Below, piece after piece: positions 38,011 to 51,476 of a stretch of DNA of 64,000 bases. The stretch's first letter is position 1. The number at the start of each line of letters is the position of its first letter. The notes under the pieces are model-generated. The model saw only the letters and a program-made list of their open reading frames with translations, made no database searches and was not told the origin of the DNA. This DNA comes from Eledone cirrhosa. Lineage: Eukaryota. The DNA is taken from positions 278,628,001-278,692,000 of the forward strand of contig OZ024740.1 of the NCBI GenBank assembly GCA_964016885.1. Direction: 5' to 3'. The translations under genes were made by a program, and so were the position numbers.

Positions 38011-41000
38011 ATTGGTAAACGGAATAGAAAATGCTGACAAATTGTTCACAGTGAAAAATAGTTTAATTAGGAATAAATGAGAATTAGTAATTGTATTGGT
38101 TAGTATTCAGTTTTGGTTTTAAGTTTTACCGGTTGCGCATTTCTAATTGCTTTTCAAAAATAATTTTGAGATAGAGCGACCGTGATGTTTGCTCTGATCA
38201 GAATTTTATACTTGAATTTTCAAATCTCAAATTTTAACTCTTCTTATTATTAATTTTTCTTAATATTAATCAACATTTGAAAAGATGGCTTTTGCAGACC
38301 CATCGAAACCGGTCATTTTTTATACCCTTTATTCTTTCCTTACCTTATAAAATTATATGTTTTTTCACAAAAAAGTATTCTGTCTCTTATATATTCCATG
38401 TGCCATTACCAACCTCAATTTTCTCTATAACCTTCGTTTTGTGTAGAAACTTACACTTTTCATATATATATATATATAATATTAAGGGTACTATTTATGG
38501 TTATGTATATACTAAAACTTTTTAGAGTTATGTATATTTTAAACCCTAAACAGTGAAGGTCAGTAATTTATTACCAGTAAGATAAATAGCTCAATGTAAT
38601 AACATCAGTTGTTCTACAGAGCAGTTATATAGAATTCACAAGAATCAAAGCTATGTTCAAAGCATTTATTTACTTACAATTGTTTCATCCAAACCTAGGC
38701 TTGAATTCTTCGGAGCATTTTTCAATGTATGTACACATAATTGACCTCCTTTCCAACGCAAGAGACATACAGATACATATATATATATATTGATGTACAG
38801 TGGAGTGACATATAGTATACTATATTATTTCTGTATAGCAATTCAAACTCAAAATCAAATCAAAATTAAAAGAAAATTAAAACAAAATTATAATACATTC
38901 GGCAGTCAACACAGATAATGCAAAAGGATAGTTTGTGAGTCAGATGTAGTAGTTAGTGTATGCGTTAGTTACACGTGGGGCATGCAAGTGTGTCCCATTT
39001 ATATATGATTATTGTGTGGCAGGGTGTTACATGTAATACAAGCACTTTAAGCGGGTAAGTAAGAGTATTATGGTAGTGGTAAGGTATTTTTTGTATATAA
39101 TAAAAAAGTATGTGTGCAGAAAAATAAAAATAAAAAGGAGAAGCAAAAGAAAGTTATGGTTTTCGTATGGCAGACAAATACATTTCTCATTTACAATGTC
39201 ATTAATCTATCCATCAAGTTCTACTTGCATATATAACTCACATACTATTCATACATAATTCATTTCACTCAACATATAAGTTAGACAGATCATTTATGTT
39301 AATAAATTAATCTTATATATGTCCAATGTTATCACTCCGTACATATAAATACAATTGCATATATAATGCATTGTCGAATCTGGTATTTAAAGCTTATATA
39401 GACTGTATTGTATCACTATATAATTATAAGTAATTGAAAGTAATTATACTAAAGTAGGTGTTTATGGGGATATTTCTAGGGCATAAAGTTATAGATAGAT
39501 GGAATGATTTGTGTCGAGATAGGGTGGATCAGAGAGTGTGGAGTTGTGGTGTGAGGTGTGCCCTTGAGGTGTGGTGTTAGAAGGGGTGCTGGGTTCAAGT
39601 CTGACATTGTTATATATTGGGTTTAAAGTTTTGGAAGGAGTGCCGGAAGCGGTGCTGGCACGACGCAAACACTTCCGATTTTTTATTAAGGAGGCTATGG
39701 TTTGAGAAGATTATAGTATGGGTCTCTAGTAGACTGAGGTTACAGAATTTATTAGGTGGTTTGTACGATGCCGCCTTACCTATCACTTCCCATTTAAGTG
39801 TATAAGATCTATTTCTAGTTTTTAGATAGTGTATGTAGCTAGATAGTGAAGTGGAGTTGGCTAGACTGTGTCTTTTGAAAGAATTGAGGTGTGAATTGTA
39901 TCTGGTTTTGAAGCAGGTCGAAGTAGAGCCTATATAGGTTTCAGAAGAGTTGCTAGTTATGACGGTGCATGAGTATATGATGTCCTTGATTAAGCAGTTT
40001 TTATCTAAAGGGCAGGTTCTATTAGATCTACAGTTACAATTATTTTGGATGTTAACCTGCCGGTTATTATGTTGTGTAGAAGTCTGGTTGCTAGGTATTG
40101 CATTATGGCTATGGGGGTTGTCGCTCCCAGCGTTATTGATTTCACTAGTGCTATTAGTATTATTACTATTGATATCAGGGTTTGCAGATATAACGTTGTT
40201 TTGAAGGTTTACCCCTGCCGTGTTTTAGTTTGTTGGAAGTAAGTATTAATTTTTCTTTTATTGCTACTAGCTATGTGGTATGCTATGTTAGGCGTGGTAG
40301 AGTAGGAGATTTTAATGGTGTTTTTGTTTATAAGACTATGGTACTTGTGGCCAGATGGGAATTTTTTATCCAGGTGTGAGAAGAAAGCCTTAGGTAGGTT
40401 GGTAGAGACGTTTAGATTGAAAGGGGGGTTGAAAATGTATTATTTCTTCTTCTATTTTTGTTTTTTATGTCTGGTGAGATGTTTCCGTTTATGGTATTTT
40501 GGTGACCTCCCTGGTGTGGGTTACGTTTGTTGCCACCCTTCGTACTAGTGTGTGTGTGTGGTTATTATTCTTATTACTATTTTTCCTCATGGACATATTG
40601 TGCGAAATAATGTTGTAACTATGTGTTTTTGTAGGTAGGAACTCGATCTCATTATTATGGCCTGATCTAGTTAATGCCTGATTATAATATTGTGAGTTTT
40701 TGCTAAATATGTTTTCGTCATAAGATAGATTAGAGATTCTATTGGATATTTCCTTAGAGATAGAGTTTAATATTGATCCAGGGTGGTTAGACTTGGTATC
40801 TACGTAAATCAGTTTTTCGTTAGGTTTATGGAATGGTGTATATATCCTAGAGTCTAGGTAGAGGGTGGCATCTAGGAAGTTAACGTTTTTAGTGTTTTTG
40901 TCTGTGGTGATACTTAGGTTATAGTTTTTGAAAGTCTTGTGCAATAGTTTTCTAGTTCTTTCTATATTAAAGTTTTTATAGTCTATAAGGAGAAGTGCAT

Positions 41001-41830
41001 CATCGCGGTACAAACCACCGTTGAGGTATAGAAGGTCCTTATGGATTTCGTTTAGTAAGTATAGGCCCACCAAATCCGTGACCTGCGCCGAGTCACTATA
41101 TCCCATGGTTATGTCGAAGTTGTTATGCGTATCCTTGCGGGTCCATAACTGGTCTTCAAAAGTGATTACGGTTTTACGGGCCGCAAGTATGACATCAATC
41201 TGACGTCTAGTCGGGTCACTATTGTTCATGGCCATAATTAGTGCCTTATTTAATAGGATAGGGGAAATAGAGGTGTAGTATGAATTGATATCAAATTGAA
41301 TAAATTTTTTATCTTTGTTTTCCTTGATATCCTTAAACCATTCAATAACTTCACCTGTATTTCCCCATTGTTTAAGGTATATTTTGTGTTTAATCTGTGG
41401 GATGATTTTATCTAAAGTTTTCTTATGATAATGCCAATGTCAGACTTGGAAGGGCAGATTAGTCTAATCGAGGGGTTACTAATGAAATCCTCCTTATGGT
41501 CCTTCAGAGAGAATCTAGGGGGGGGGGGGGGTGTATGGTTGTGTATGTCTCTGAAGTCCTAGTTTGGACACTATACTATGGCCTTCTATATTAATTTCTT
41601 CTAAGTTTTTCATAGTAGTTTTCTTGTAGCTCTTATGTAGTTCATTATATATAAACTTTCTATATGTATCATAATCTAGGCTGTATATGTTATTAGTTTT
41701 GTCCGCATGCACAATAATTTTACTATTTGTTTTGAATCCATTAATAGAGGAGTTAAGTTTGTTTAAGAAGGTGTTGTTTTTATTACGATGCTTTTAGTTT
41801 TTAATGTTCTTAACTAGTTTTATTAGGTCA
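38011..41830 (-). mobile_element. Penelope-like element PLE3, 5'-truncated and frameshifted
   Basis: Coding remnant plus about 1.6-kb 3' region; the terminus is shared with 15910-16100. Confidence 0.75.
39605..41830 (-). pseudogene. PLE3 RT + GIY-YIG pseudogene
   Basis: ADKTNNIY, RLICPSKSDIG, MGYSDSAQVTDLVG, YRDD, SNHP, FNPPFN, CNCRSNRTCPL, YIGST; several frameshifts, including at the poly-G 41518-41531. Confidence 0.88.
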
Positions 41831-41970
41831 TTTTCAAAGGAGTTTAGTATATATATATACTTCGGTCGCTGGCTTCAATTTGCATAGCTGTCTAAACGTA
41901 ATGTTTTAACTATAAGGTAAAATTCCTTATTGAGTGCTTTTGGCTGCACTTCCCGACAGCATTCGTTAGC

Positions 41971-42004
<34 letters not shown>

Positions 42005-42007
42005 GTT

Positions 42008-42099
42008 CGCCCGCAGAGGGACTTGAACCCGCGACCCTCAGATACCTTCACAGAATAGATCGTAAAAGTCTGATGCTCTACCGACTGAGCTATGCGGGC
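42008..42099 (-). tRNA. tRNA-Lys(UUU) with a 19-nt intron (42044-42062)
   Basis: GCCCGCA TA GCTCAGTCGGTAGAGC A TCAGA CTTTTA [cgatctattctgtgaaggt] A TCTGA GGGTC GCGGG TTCAAGT CCCTC TGCGGGC G; perfect acceptor stem, one T-stem mismatch. Confidence 0.85.
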
Positions 42100-42581
42100 G
42101 GATTTCGTGGATCGTAGGTTGTCTTCCCGCTTCGTGTCGCTATGATACTTCCTCAGTCAAAAACTGCTGGAATTTCAAATTTGGCGGTCATTTGAGGTGA
42201 GAAAGAGCAACTTTACGGACATGATTTTTGACAGCGGTAAGAAATTGTTTTCTTATATCAATGTTTAATGGGCTTCCACTGATGATTTATAAGTGCCCAC
42301 CTAAATATATTCTTACATGAATATATATTAGGCTTCTACATAAACTGGAAACATTCTCCCAAATTTGTAGAAAACTTATAATGAAACAATTGTTTGGAAA
42401 GAGAGATGTACTTTAACTTTAATTATATCTCATAAAATAATACAACTGGTTTTTCCACATTATACATATTGTTAGCACCCCAAACACTTAAATTGGGTTT
42501 ATATTTTAATATAACCTAATGTTTGTTGAGTGAGATGGTTACCAGTCAGAGTTTAGCTTTAAACTATCTCTGTTATTGTAT

Positions 42582-42623
<42 letters not shown>

Positions 42624-42763
42624 AACAGATTATCTGTACGTCGGTTCTAATTTACTTAGTTGATAATTCAATATGAAATTCAGTAGTTTAAAGTTTGAAG
42701 TTGCAAATAAAAACAAATTTTTAAATATAATAGCGTGCAGTCTTTCAAATTCACTACAGTGAT

Positions 42764-42822
<59 letters not shown>

Positions 42823-42899
42823 GATCCTCTCTTTCTTTCTCTTTCCCTCTCCCCCTCTCCATTTCTTTAGAATGTTTCGACCTGGAGACGGATAGACTC

Positions 42900-43140
42900 C
42901 ACCAGATTTAAATGTCAAGTGTTCAGGGTTTGCTCCCTTCCAAACCCCTTCAAATCAGCAAATAAAGTGTTCTGGCAGACCATTCGCCGACTTCGTAATA
43001 AGAAGTCCTGCTCCGCACCTGTTATCAGGAAGAACTCATCTGGGTTTCTCTTCTCTTCAGAGGGATGCATCCTCGCGGAGTGGAGAGAGTACTTTGGTGA
43101 TCTTTTAAACCCGATCACAACAACATCTTCTAATGATAGT
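42900..43140 (+). pseudogene. RTE-like LINE internal fragment
   Basis: ANKVFWQTIRRLR...G.L...IL.EWREYF.DLLN resembles the RTE EN-RT linker. Confidence 0.6.
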
Positions 43141-44649
43141 ATCTCTTTGGAGTTGTTTTGTTTGTTATTTTTTTGTTTTTTTTGGGGGGGGGAGTCGATC
43201 TGGTTTGAAATCCTGCCTAGAATGACTTTGACTTTTATGTCTTCTTGGTCAATTCAACTGAATATGCACCTGTCCTATAACTCATTATATTTTAGTGGCC
43301 TTTATGGTTGGGGTGGGGTGGGGGGCGTTGAATGCCAATATATTTTGTTGATATTGATATTGTTGCCAGAATCCCCAGAGTAATGGACAAAGTACATTGC
43401 TATATTGTATGTATATCTTTATGATCTGCCTTTAAATTTCGCAGAGGAAAACCTTTCCCTTCACTATTTAAGAGGTCGATAAACTAAAGTAGCCATCGAG
43501 TACACTGATTCTTTTAATACGAGGCATTGTACCGTTGCTAGAAATTAATATTATTGTTGCTTTGCCCCTGTCAGCAGACATATAATCAAAAAAGATTACA
43601 GTCGTGGTCATCTCGATGGTAGAGTGTGATTTGAAAATAATTTAGCTGCTATTTTGAACAGGTCAACCGATCTATCACGTAGATATTTCCTAGTAGGTTC
43701 GTATTTCTGCTGTTAATCTTAATACGAAAATACGAGATGAGTAATTACAACAGAAAATTGTTATTTGTTAATTGTTCTCAAATTGCAGTCTAGCCTAATA
43801 TGTTGCCATTAATACTGGTCACAACATTGCAAACCGTGATTTATATTCATGAGAATTGTATGTTATTATCAAAACTGCCAGTGAAAAGATGAATAAGTCA
43901 TTGAATTACAAACAAAACCTTCTACAGAATACAAGAGAAATATTAGTTCATATAAATCTATAGGAACTCAATAATACTTTTGTATTGAAATTTCCTTCAG
44001 CAAAACAATTTTCCTGTCCTTCCAGATTTTGATGGTATTACATTTCCCACACATTCTCTATAGTTGTAACTCTAGCTAATATTATTGTATTTTTCATGTA
44101 AATATAGTTTTGATGAGTTGTGTATAGCTAACAGGACACTAAAATATTTTTACGTTTAAGATTGTGACAGTTAAGAATATGCTGTCACATGCATGAGTAA
44201 ATAAATGTAAATATCGGTGAGATTTCATCTTTTAAATCGAAACTAAGTGTATAGTTCTTTACAATAGGTAATGGTTTTGTTGTTTAGGCGAAAGAAGAGA
44301 AGGGAGGCAACCCCTTGTTAGCCCTGATCTCGCAGAAATTATTGCTATTCTATCTTTTTTTCTGACAGTGAATCTTAGGCTACGTGTCCTTTCTTTTTTA
44401 AGACAGTTGGTTGTGATTGGAGAGAGATTTGGCTATTATTTCTAGCAGATTTTACGACTATATGTAAAGTTCCTCAAATGCATCTTATGATTTTAATACT
44501 GGTTTCAGTTATTGGACTTTGGCTATATTGAGTGGGAAATCGCCTTCCTACCGTATAGTCTATTACAGGCGCTCTCTACTTACTTCATCCACTGGTATTT
44601 ATTCCAACCTCAGATGTACTTTGTACATTCAATAGCTTTGTACCCATGT

Positions 44650-45130
44650 ACAAAGCTTTGTACAAATATGGCTTGGACGCTGCAGGCTTCCCTTCCCAGC
44701 TCGAGCCGGTGGGGCTGGATCGAGGGGACGGCAAAAGGCCAGATGGCATGACCATCTTCCCGTTCCGCGGTGGCAAACCCCTCGTCTAGGATGCCACTTG
44801 CACCGACACTTTCTGCAGCCGCAACCTGGTGCAGTCTGCGACTGACCCAGGTTCTGCTGCACGTCGGGCTGAGGGGCCAAACTCCTCAAATACCGGTTGC
44901 TCTCCGACAGGTTTGCGGTCGTACCCCTGGCAGTGGAGACTTCTGGTGTCCTCGGACCCAGGGCTACCTCCTTACTCACCACCATAGGTGCTGAGCTGGC
45001 CAGTCGTAGGTGTGAGCCCCGCGAGTTGGAGTGGCTTTTCCAGCGCATCTCCCTTGCCGCCCTCCGGAGAAACGCCTTCTCCATTCTGTCCGCCGGGGAT
45101 GTGGGTGGGCCCCATAGCGTACCGTTGTAG
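44650..45130 (+). pseudogene. 3' end of a CRE-like RLE non-LTR retrotransposon
   Basis: [36 protein letters not shown]...VPLAVETSGVLG...WLFQRISLAALRRNA; GC-rich island. Confidence 0.8.
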
Positions 45131-45419
45131 TTGTTGTATACAGATGTTGCCATCATTATTATTATTGTCTTAATTCCATTAAACATTCATTCTTGGTCAT
45201 GTTAAACTAAAAAATTGTAAACTAGTAAATTGATTATACGCAATGATGACCAGAAGCCATGGTGTAGAATCTCTGGGCAAAATACGTCCTAATTTCATTT
45301 AACTTCAAAATGTGTCAATATCCACATCTCACTGTTCCTCCATTGTCACAGTATGACCAATTTGGTTTTAAAATTATTATATTATAATCAAATCGCATTT
45401 TAAAGCTAATAATGGTTTC

Positions 45420-45525
45420 AGAGCCAACAATTTAGGGGGAGGAGAAAGTCGATTAAATCGACCCCAGTGCGTTACTGCGCACTTTATTTTATCGACCCCG
45501 TAAGGATGAATCTACGAGATTTTGA
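45420..45525 (-). mobile_element. partial S1 SINE
   Basis: actttattttatcgaccccgtaaggatgaa. Confidence 0.65.
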
Positions 45526-46021
45526 TATTTATTTTGAGAATACTACCCTAACATAAGTATAAGCAGCCGGTTATGGCCGGTTTGAACAGAAAGAAGTGAG
45601 AGAATTCTAGCCGGATATGGCCGGTTTAAATGCTAAAGTGTTAAATTCAACGTTTCCCATCTATCCTAGATTACAATTCCCAATTATTTCTTTATAGAAG
45701 TAAATAGATAACAGAAAGAATAAAAGAATTGTTTAAAAATCAATCCACTGATAATTACAATACGTAATAAACTACTTCAGAATTGAAACGTGCAAATTTC
45801 TTCAAAACAAAGTTTTGCTTAGGAAATTATGATTATAAATAAAGGATACATTCTGACAGCTAGTATATGCTAGAATATATGCTAAACTAAAAACTGCAGA
45901 TTTCTATATCTGCAACATCGACACTGTATAATTATTTTGAACGGTTCCCTAGTAAAGATGTATGTTAGAAAATATAAATTCAACAACGATTTAACATTAA
46001 CGGCATAGTCACAGCATTATA

Positions 46022-46320
46022 TACTTCCTGTGAGAGTCATAGAGGTGCAGCTTTGATATCCGGCGTTTCTATGGCACTTTTTAAACCTGGCGGAGCCCAT
46101 CTCCTCCCCAGGTCTGAATACAGTAGATTTCTTCCAGTGAAGAATAGAGAGAGAAAGAATGGAAGTGAGAAAGAGATATAGTGGAAGAATCGACCCCAGT
46201 ACTAAACTGGTACTTTTTCATCGACCTCCAATGGGGGAAAGGCAAAGTTAACCCCGGCGGTATTTGAGCAGAAAAACGGAATAAACATCGCAAAGTATTT
46301 TATCCGAAATTTGCCGCCTT
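46022..46320 (-). mobile_element. SINE subfamily S2
   Basis: Reverse complement matches 18797-19120. Confidence 0.65.
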
Positions 46321-46691
46321 ATACTGAGATAACAAACTTTTTTAATTACCTAACTTCATCAATGAATTAAATCTTAAAATAGTTTCTAAGTCGACATTTC
46401 AGACTCAAAGTGCTTCCGACAATATTACTTTTCTTAATTCCATCTGCTTCTGTTTATTCAACTAATAAATATCATTTTTCATATATCAATATTCATTTCC
46501 AATACAGACACAAGATCAGAAAAGTTTGGTCGATTATAGTAACCCTGGCACTTCACTGGAAGTTATTCTATCAACACCCTGAAAGATAAAAGATAAAGTA
46601 GGCCGGGCTGAGATTTGAATCTAGGACAAAAAAGGGATACAACTAAACACCACAATGCATCAGCGTTTTACCATTGTACGCCATAATAATA

Positions 46692-46905
46692 CAGGGTGGG
46701 CCAGAATTTATGACTCACTTGATTATTTATAGATCTATTAACGCAAAATGTTATAAAATAAGTTAAAGAATATAATACCATATACAGGCATGAGATCATG
46801 AACAAGATACAAATAAAATAATAAATTAAGACAATACCATAACAATTAAATAAGCATGTTAAGAAATATAACTAACAAGCTAGTCATAAATTATGGCCCA
46901 CCCCG
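46692..46905. mobile_element. Tc1/mariner-type MITE
   Basis: TA-cagggtgggccagaatttatgact ... agtcataaattatggcccaccccg-TA. Confidence 0.75.
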
Positions 46906-47887
46906 TAGTTTATATAAGCAGGGAATCTAAGATCTATTGGGCCGCGTAGAAATTTTTATAGGGAAAAGAATAGTATGACAGTAATACCTACACTGGATTT
47001 ATTAACTATGAAACCAACTCAGTTGGAGATTAGAACTGGGAGTTTTCCTCTATACCACTGTGACTACTAAAACATATTAATTTTTACCCTCCTATGTATC
47101 CTGAAGTTTGCATTTCAAACCTATTCGTAGAGCTTTTATACTCAATGTTCTTTTCGTTTTCCTTTGGTGCTTTTTCGTGTTCTGGTGAAAGGTCTCTCCT
47201 TCTTGATTAACCTCAGATTGGCCTTGATCAAGCAGACCTATGATCTGTAACCATCTCGTCTTTTATTCAGAAATAATATATCTAAAACTGGTACACATCG
47301 TTCTCTTTTTTAAGAATATTATTTTAGGAAGATTTGGTTACTATTTCTCGCAGGTTTACTTGTAATCGATTTTGTTGAAGTATAGTGTTGTTCTATTTGT
47401 ATATTCTAATATGTAAGATGTCTTTGTATATCTGTTTGCCTTTCTATTGTCAAAACATACTTGAATGAGGCCATCTTTATGGCCAAAAATTGTTCTGACC
47501 TTTTCAATATCTCCAAGACTGGGTGATGTTAAAAAAAGAAAGGAAGCAATTACGACTAATGGGTATCAAGTAATACATCAAGATATTGAGACATCCTCTG
47601 TCTAAAAGCACTTAGCGATCAGATGGTAATATGAAAATGGGTGACATCTTAGATCTATTTATTAGGTATATCATTCTATCACATTGCTGAAGACTGGTTC
47701 TTCTGTTTCACTTGAGCCAACTACATTCCAATAAATGAGAAGATATTGCGAGTGAGATATGTCAACCTTTTCCCATCATAGAAAGAGATAGAAACTTCGA
47801 TTTAAGTGAAATGGTGCGGCCGGGAATCGATAACCAGAAGGCAAAAACGACTTGGAACAGCGCAATTACAACTCAGAATGATAATGG

Positions 47888-48053
47888 CACAAGCCAACAA
47901 TTTTGCGTTACTGGTGCTTTATGTTATTGACCCTGCAAAGATGAAAGGCAAAGCTAAACTCGGTGAGATTTGAACTCAGCACGTAAAAGGACGTAACTCT
48001 ATGCTGAAAAACATGGTGTCTGACGATCTACCGACACTGTCACTCCACCGCCC
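47888..48053 (-). mobile_element. S1 SINE
   Basis: gatgaaaggcaaagctaaactcggtgagatttgaactcag...ccaccgccct. Confidence 0.75.
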
Positions 48054-48175
48054 TACAACTCAGAATTATAATAACTGTCATAGTGTATTGTTATAACCAC
48101 TTAAATCCCTATAATTAAATAAATTATTATATGAAAGTACTTATATGTATGAAAAATATCTAGAGAGTTTAAACC

Positions 48176-48482
48176 AGAGGTGTGCAATATATTCCATTGG
48201 CGGGATACTGTTGAACATTGGAACAACTATTAGAGCCATTAATATTTATTAAACACTGTTCCAAAGATTCACCACAACTTCTTTCCATATCATAGAACTG
48301 GGAAATTATAACACACATAACTATCACTGAAGCCCTTTAGTATAGGTCAACTAACAGAAAATTGTATTACGGTTACGAAAAAATTTCTAAATAAGTCTAC
48401 AAGGTAAAAATTAAAACCGGTCATCGCAGGCCACTCTGGCTGGTCTGGCGGGCCGGATTGTGGCCCGCAGGCCGCCTGTTGC
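48176..48482. mobile_element. degraded hAT-type MITE
   Basis: cagaggtgtgcaa left end; gcgggccggattgtggcccgcaggccgcctgttg right subterminal motif. Confidence 0.5.
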
Positions 48483-49446
48483 TTTAAACATATTTAATTT
48501 TGCTTTAGAATTATATTGTGATTATAATAACAATGTTCAGCAAGTAAAATCGCTGACAATGCTGTTACCTGTTTCGACCTTATTCAATGCAGCCCACCTC
48601 GTGCCTTGCCACTGGTAAGTTAGAACTGTGTAAATATTCTTTATGGTAGTCAGTGGCAAAAAGGTTACATCACTTTGTCTCAGATCTGCCAACCTCTAAA
48701 AACCCAAATGGGTAGTACAATGAAAAAAAGTGCCCCAAAACGAGGAGAAATGTGTCAAACTGGGGAGATTTTACATAATGAAAGCTATACCCATTTTCAC
48801 AAGAGAAGACATTCTCAGTGGGTGGGAGATCTCCCCGTCGGACGGGGAGAGTTGACAGGCCTGTTATTTAGTGAATTGAATGCATCAAAGGTCTACATAA
48901 TAAATTATGAAGAACGTTCTACAATACAATAACCAAATAAATCACTATATAAAAGCACTTTTGCAGCTTCAAACCAAACATATTCTCAGAAAATATTGTA
49001 TAATACTGTTCACTTTATTACTTTAAATAATGCTCTTCGGTTTATTACTTTAAATGTATTGCCAAATTACATTATTGGTAAGAAAGTTATTTTTCGACTT
49101 CGCTGATTCTTTGCAGACGTATGTACATCATTCTTATTCATAAGTATATTCAGTTACTAATTTGTATGATTTTCTTGCTGATTTATATTCCAAACCAAAA
49201 TCACTTCACTACTAAAGCATGATGAATACTTTCAATGGGTTACTTTCCAAAATGATTACTGCCAAATTGATATCAACTTAATATTGTTTAAGATTTGATT
49301 AGAACAGATATATGCCATCCGTGTGTATACAGAAATGCAATCAATATTTGAATATTCGGCAAATATTTTGGTGTAGCAATGGATATAATGTATGGTTTAA
49401 CAAGAATAAATTGAACATTCGGATATAATTATCTGGACTATATATT

Positions 49447-49632
49447 TGTTTCTACTTTAGGCACAAGGCCAGCAATAAACCAGTTCATTACTGGTACTTT
49501 ATTTTATCGACCCCGTAAGGATGAAAGGCAAAGTCAACCTCGGCGGGATTTGAACTCAGATCGTAAAGGGACGTAAGTATGCTGGAAAGCATGGCGTCCG
49601 ACCCTCTACCGATACTGCCAATCCACCGCCTT
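49447..49632 (-). mobile_element. S1 SINE, well preserved
   Basis: Near-identical to the reverse complement of 3756-3930. Confidence 0.8.
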
Positions 49633-49884
49633 CTGGACTATATATTATCAGCAAGACTGAGACATTTCTTAATATAAATCCTGATAATTGGAAAGCAAAG
49701 CAACAAATCTTTATTTTATGTCTCATCTATTATGTTAATCTGTCTGCAATATACATAAACATAATTCAAAACAGTCTATAGGCCCGCAGCATGTAACTTC
49801 AGGCGGAAACGAACAGTTAATTAATTTCTAACATTAATATATTTGCTGCATCCTACGCATTGTATTCACAGAATTTTAAGATCA

Positions 49885-49901
49885 TTTTCTTTCTATTGCA
49901 G
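49885..49901 (+). promoter_or_regulatory. 3' splice acceptor upstream of the GPCR start codon
   Basis: ttttctttctattgcAG|G, 13 nt before the ATG; implies upstream non-coding exon(s). Confidence 0.65.
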
Positions 49902-49914
49902 GTGATGTAAACAC

Positions 49915-51045
49915 ATGGCACTTACAATGAATATCTCTCAAGAAGAAGAAAACACTTCATTTGAGGACGATTGTTCAGACTTAGACATAGGTCTGTTTCA
50001 GTTTTACACTTGGGGTATAGGCTCCAATATTATTGCAATCACTGGTATAATACTAAACATCTTTGCCATAGCGGTACTGACTCAGCCTCGAATGCGCTCT
50101 TCTACAGCCATATACCTCATTTCATTGGCCGTCTATGATAACGTCGTGCTCTTCTCAATGATCGTTAATTTTGCGATACCAACTATACACACCAATGAGG
50201 CCTTCCATGATACATATTCGTTCATGTACAGCTACCTGCAACCGAAAGCTTACCCCATTGCTCTGATTGCACAAACGGGCACTATCTACACGACGGTTGG
50301 CTTCACAGTAGAACGTTACGTGGCTGTTTGTAGACCATTGCAAGCAGCAAATATATGCACGATGAACAGATCTAAGAAAGCGGTTTTATGTATTCTTCTA
50401 GGATCGATAATGTATAACATACCTCGAATGTTCGAATATGAAACGAAAATTGAATGGGATACCACGTTCAATCACACGCGATCTAGTTATGTTCGTACAG
50501 AAATGGGTGCAAACAAAATCTACAATGAAGTGTATTTCATTTATTTAAATCTCCTCGTGATGTTTTTGATGCCTTTTACACTGCTAACCTATCTAAATAC
50601 ATGTTTAATTAACGCTATTCGCACATCGCGCAAGTCTCGCATGCAAATGAGCTCATCCGCCGTAAAGGAAAATAACATGACAATCATGCTTATATCAGTT
50701 GTGGTAGTATTTATAGTGTGCCAGCTTCCTTCAATTGCTGACAATATCCTGTGGACGGTACTCAAGAACAATGAACAAAGCTGCAGCGACGCTTACTTAA
50801 AGTTTACGACTATCAGTAACTTGATGGTTGTTTTCAACTCAGCTTGTAATTTTGTTCTGTATTGTCTCTTTGGCAAAAAATTCAGACGTGTTTTCAGCAA
50901 ATTATTTTGCAGCAGACTTCGTCGTTCAACAGTTCGTTATCAATTTCGACCAGAATCAGCCACTTTAGTTTCCCATATACGGGACAATACAACAAAACTT
51001 TATCACATACAAGGACATCATGATATGGAGAGCACGTCAGTTTAA
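49915..51045 (+). CDS. rhodopsin-class neuropeptide GPCR, FMRFamide-receptor-like, single coding exon, 376 aa
   Basis: Seven hydrophobic segments; GIILN (TM1), YLISLAVYD (TM2), TVERYVAVCRP (TM3), YNIPR.FE (TM4), FIVCQLP (TM6), NSACNFVLYC..GKKFR (TM7/H8); N-glycosylation sequons in the N-terminus. Ligand assignment is by family resemblance only. Confidence 0.93.
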   Translation: MALTMNISQEEENTSFEDDCSDLDIGLFQFYTWGIGSNIIAITGIILNIFAIAVLTQPRMRSSTAIYLISLAVYDNVVLFSMIVNFAIPTIHTNEAFHDTYSFMYSYLQPKAYPIALIAQTGTIYTTVGFTVERYVAVCRPLQAANICTMNRSKKAVLCILLGSIMYNIPRMFEYETKIEWDTTFNHTRSSYVRTEMGANKIYNEVYFIYLNLLVMFLMPFTLLTYLNTCLINAIRTSRKSRMQMSSSAVKENNMTIMLISVVVVFIVCQLPSIADNILWTVLKNNEQSCSDAYLKFTTISNLMVVFNSACNFVLYCLFGKKFRRVFSKLFCSRLRRSTVRYQFRPESATLVSHIRDNTTKLYHIQGHHDMESTSV

Positions 51046-51375
51046 CTAAAATAAACATTTTCCGTAAATTCTTCCACCATTCCATCTCACATTGTTTTAA
51101 TGTTGTTGCTTTTATATTTCCCCCAATAATCACATTCTTTAAGCAACAAGGGTTTGTCCTCACCTTAGTAACTGATTTAAAATGACACATTTTCTTTTTA
51201 TTACTTTGTTCAGTAACTGATATATTTTCGGAAATACTTATAGCTGTTGTGAAAAATGAATATTTTATTCGGTTTTCTTATTCGATAAATCTCTTCTAGA
51301 AATGATTATCAATATGTATATTTATATATAAACAGAGAGAGAGAGGAAAGAGATGGTAGAGGAGTTTTGTATGTA

Positions 51376-51414
<39 letters not shown>

Positions 51415-51476
51415 GTAGAACACTGGAAGGTAATATCCGTAGTGGTAGAGCACTCAGTCCATGGGACGAATTAGGT

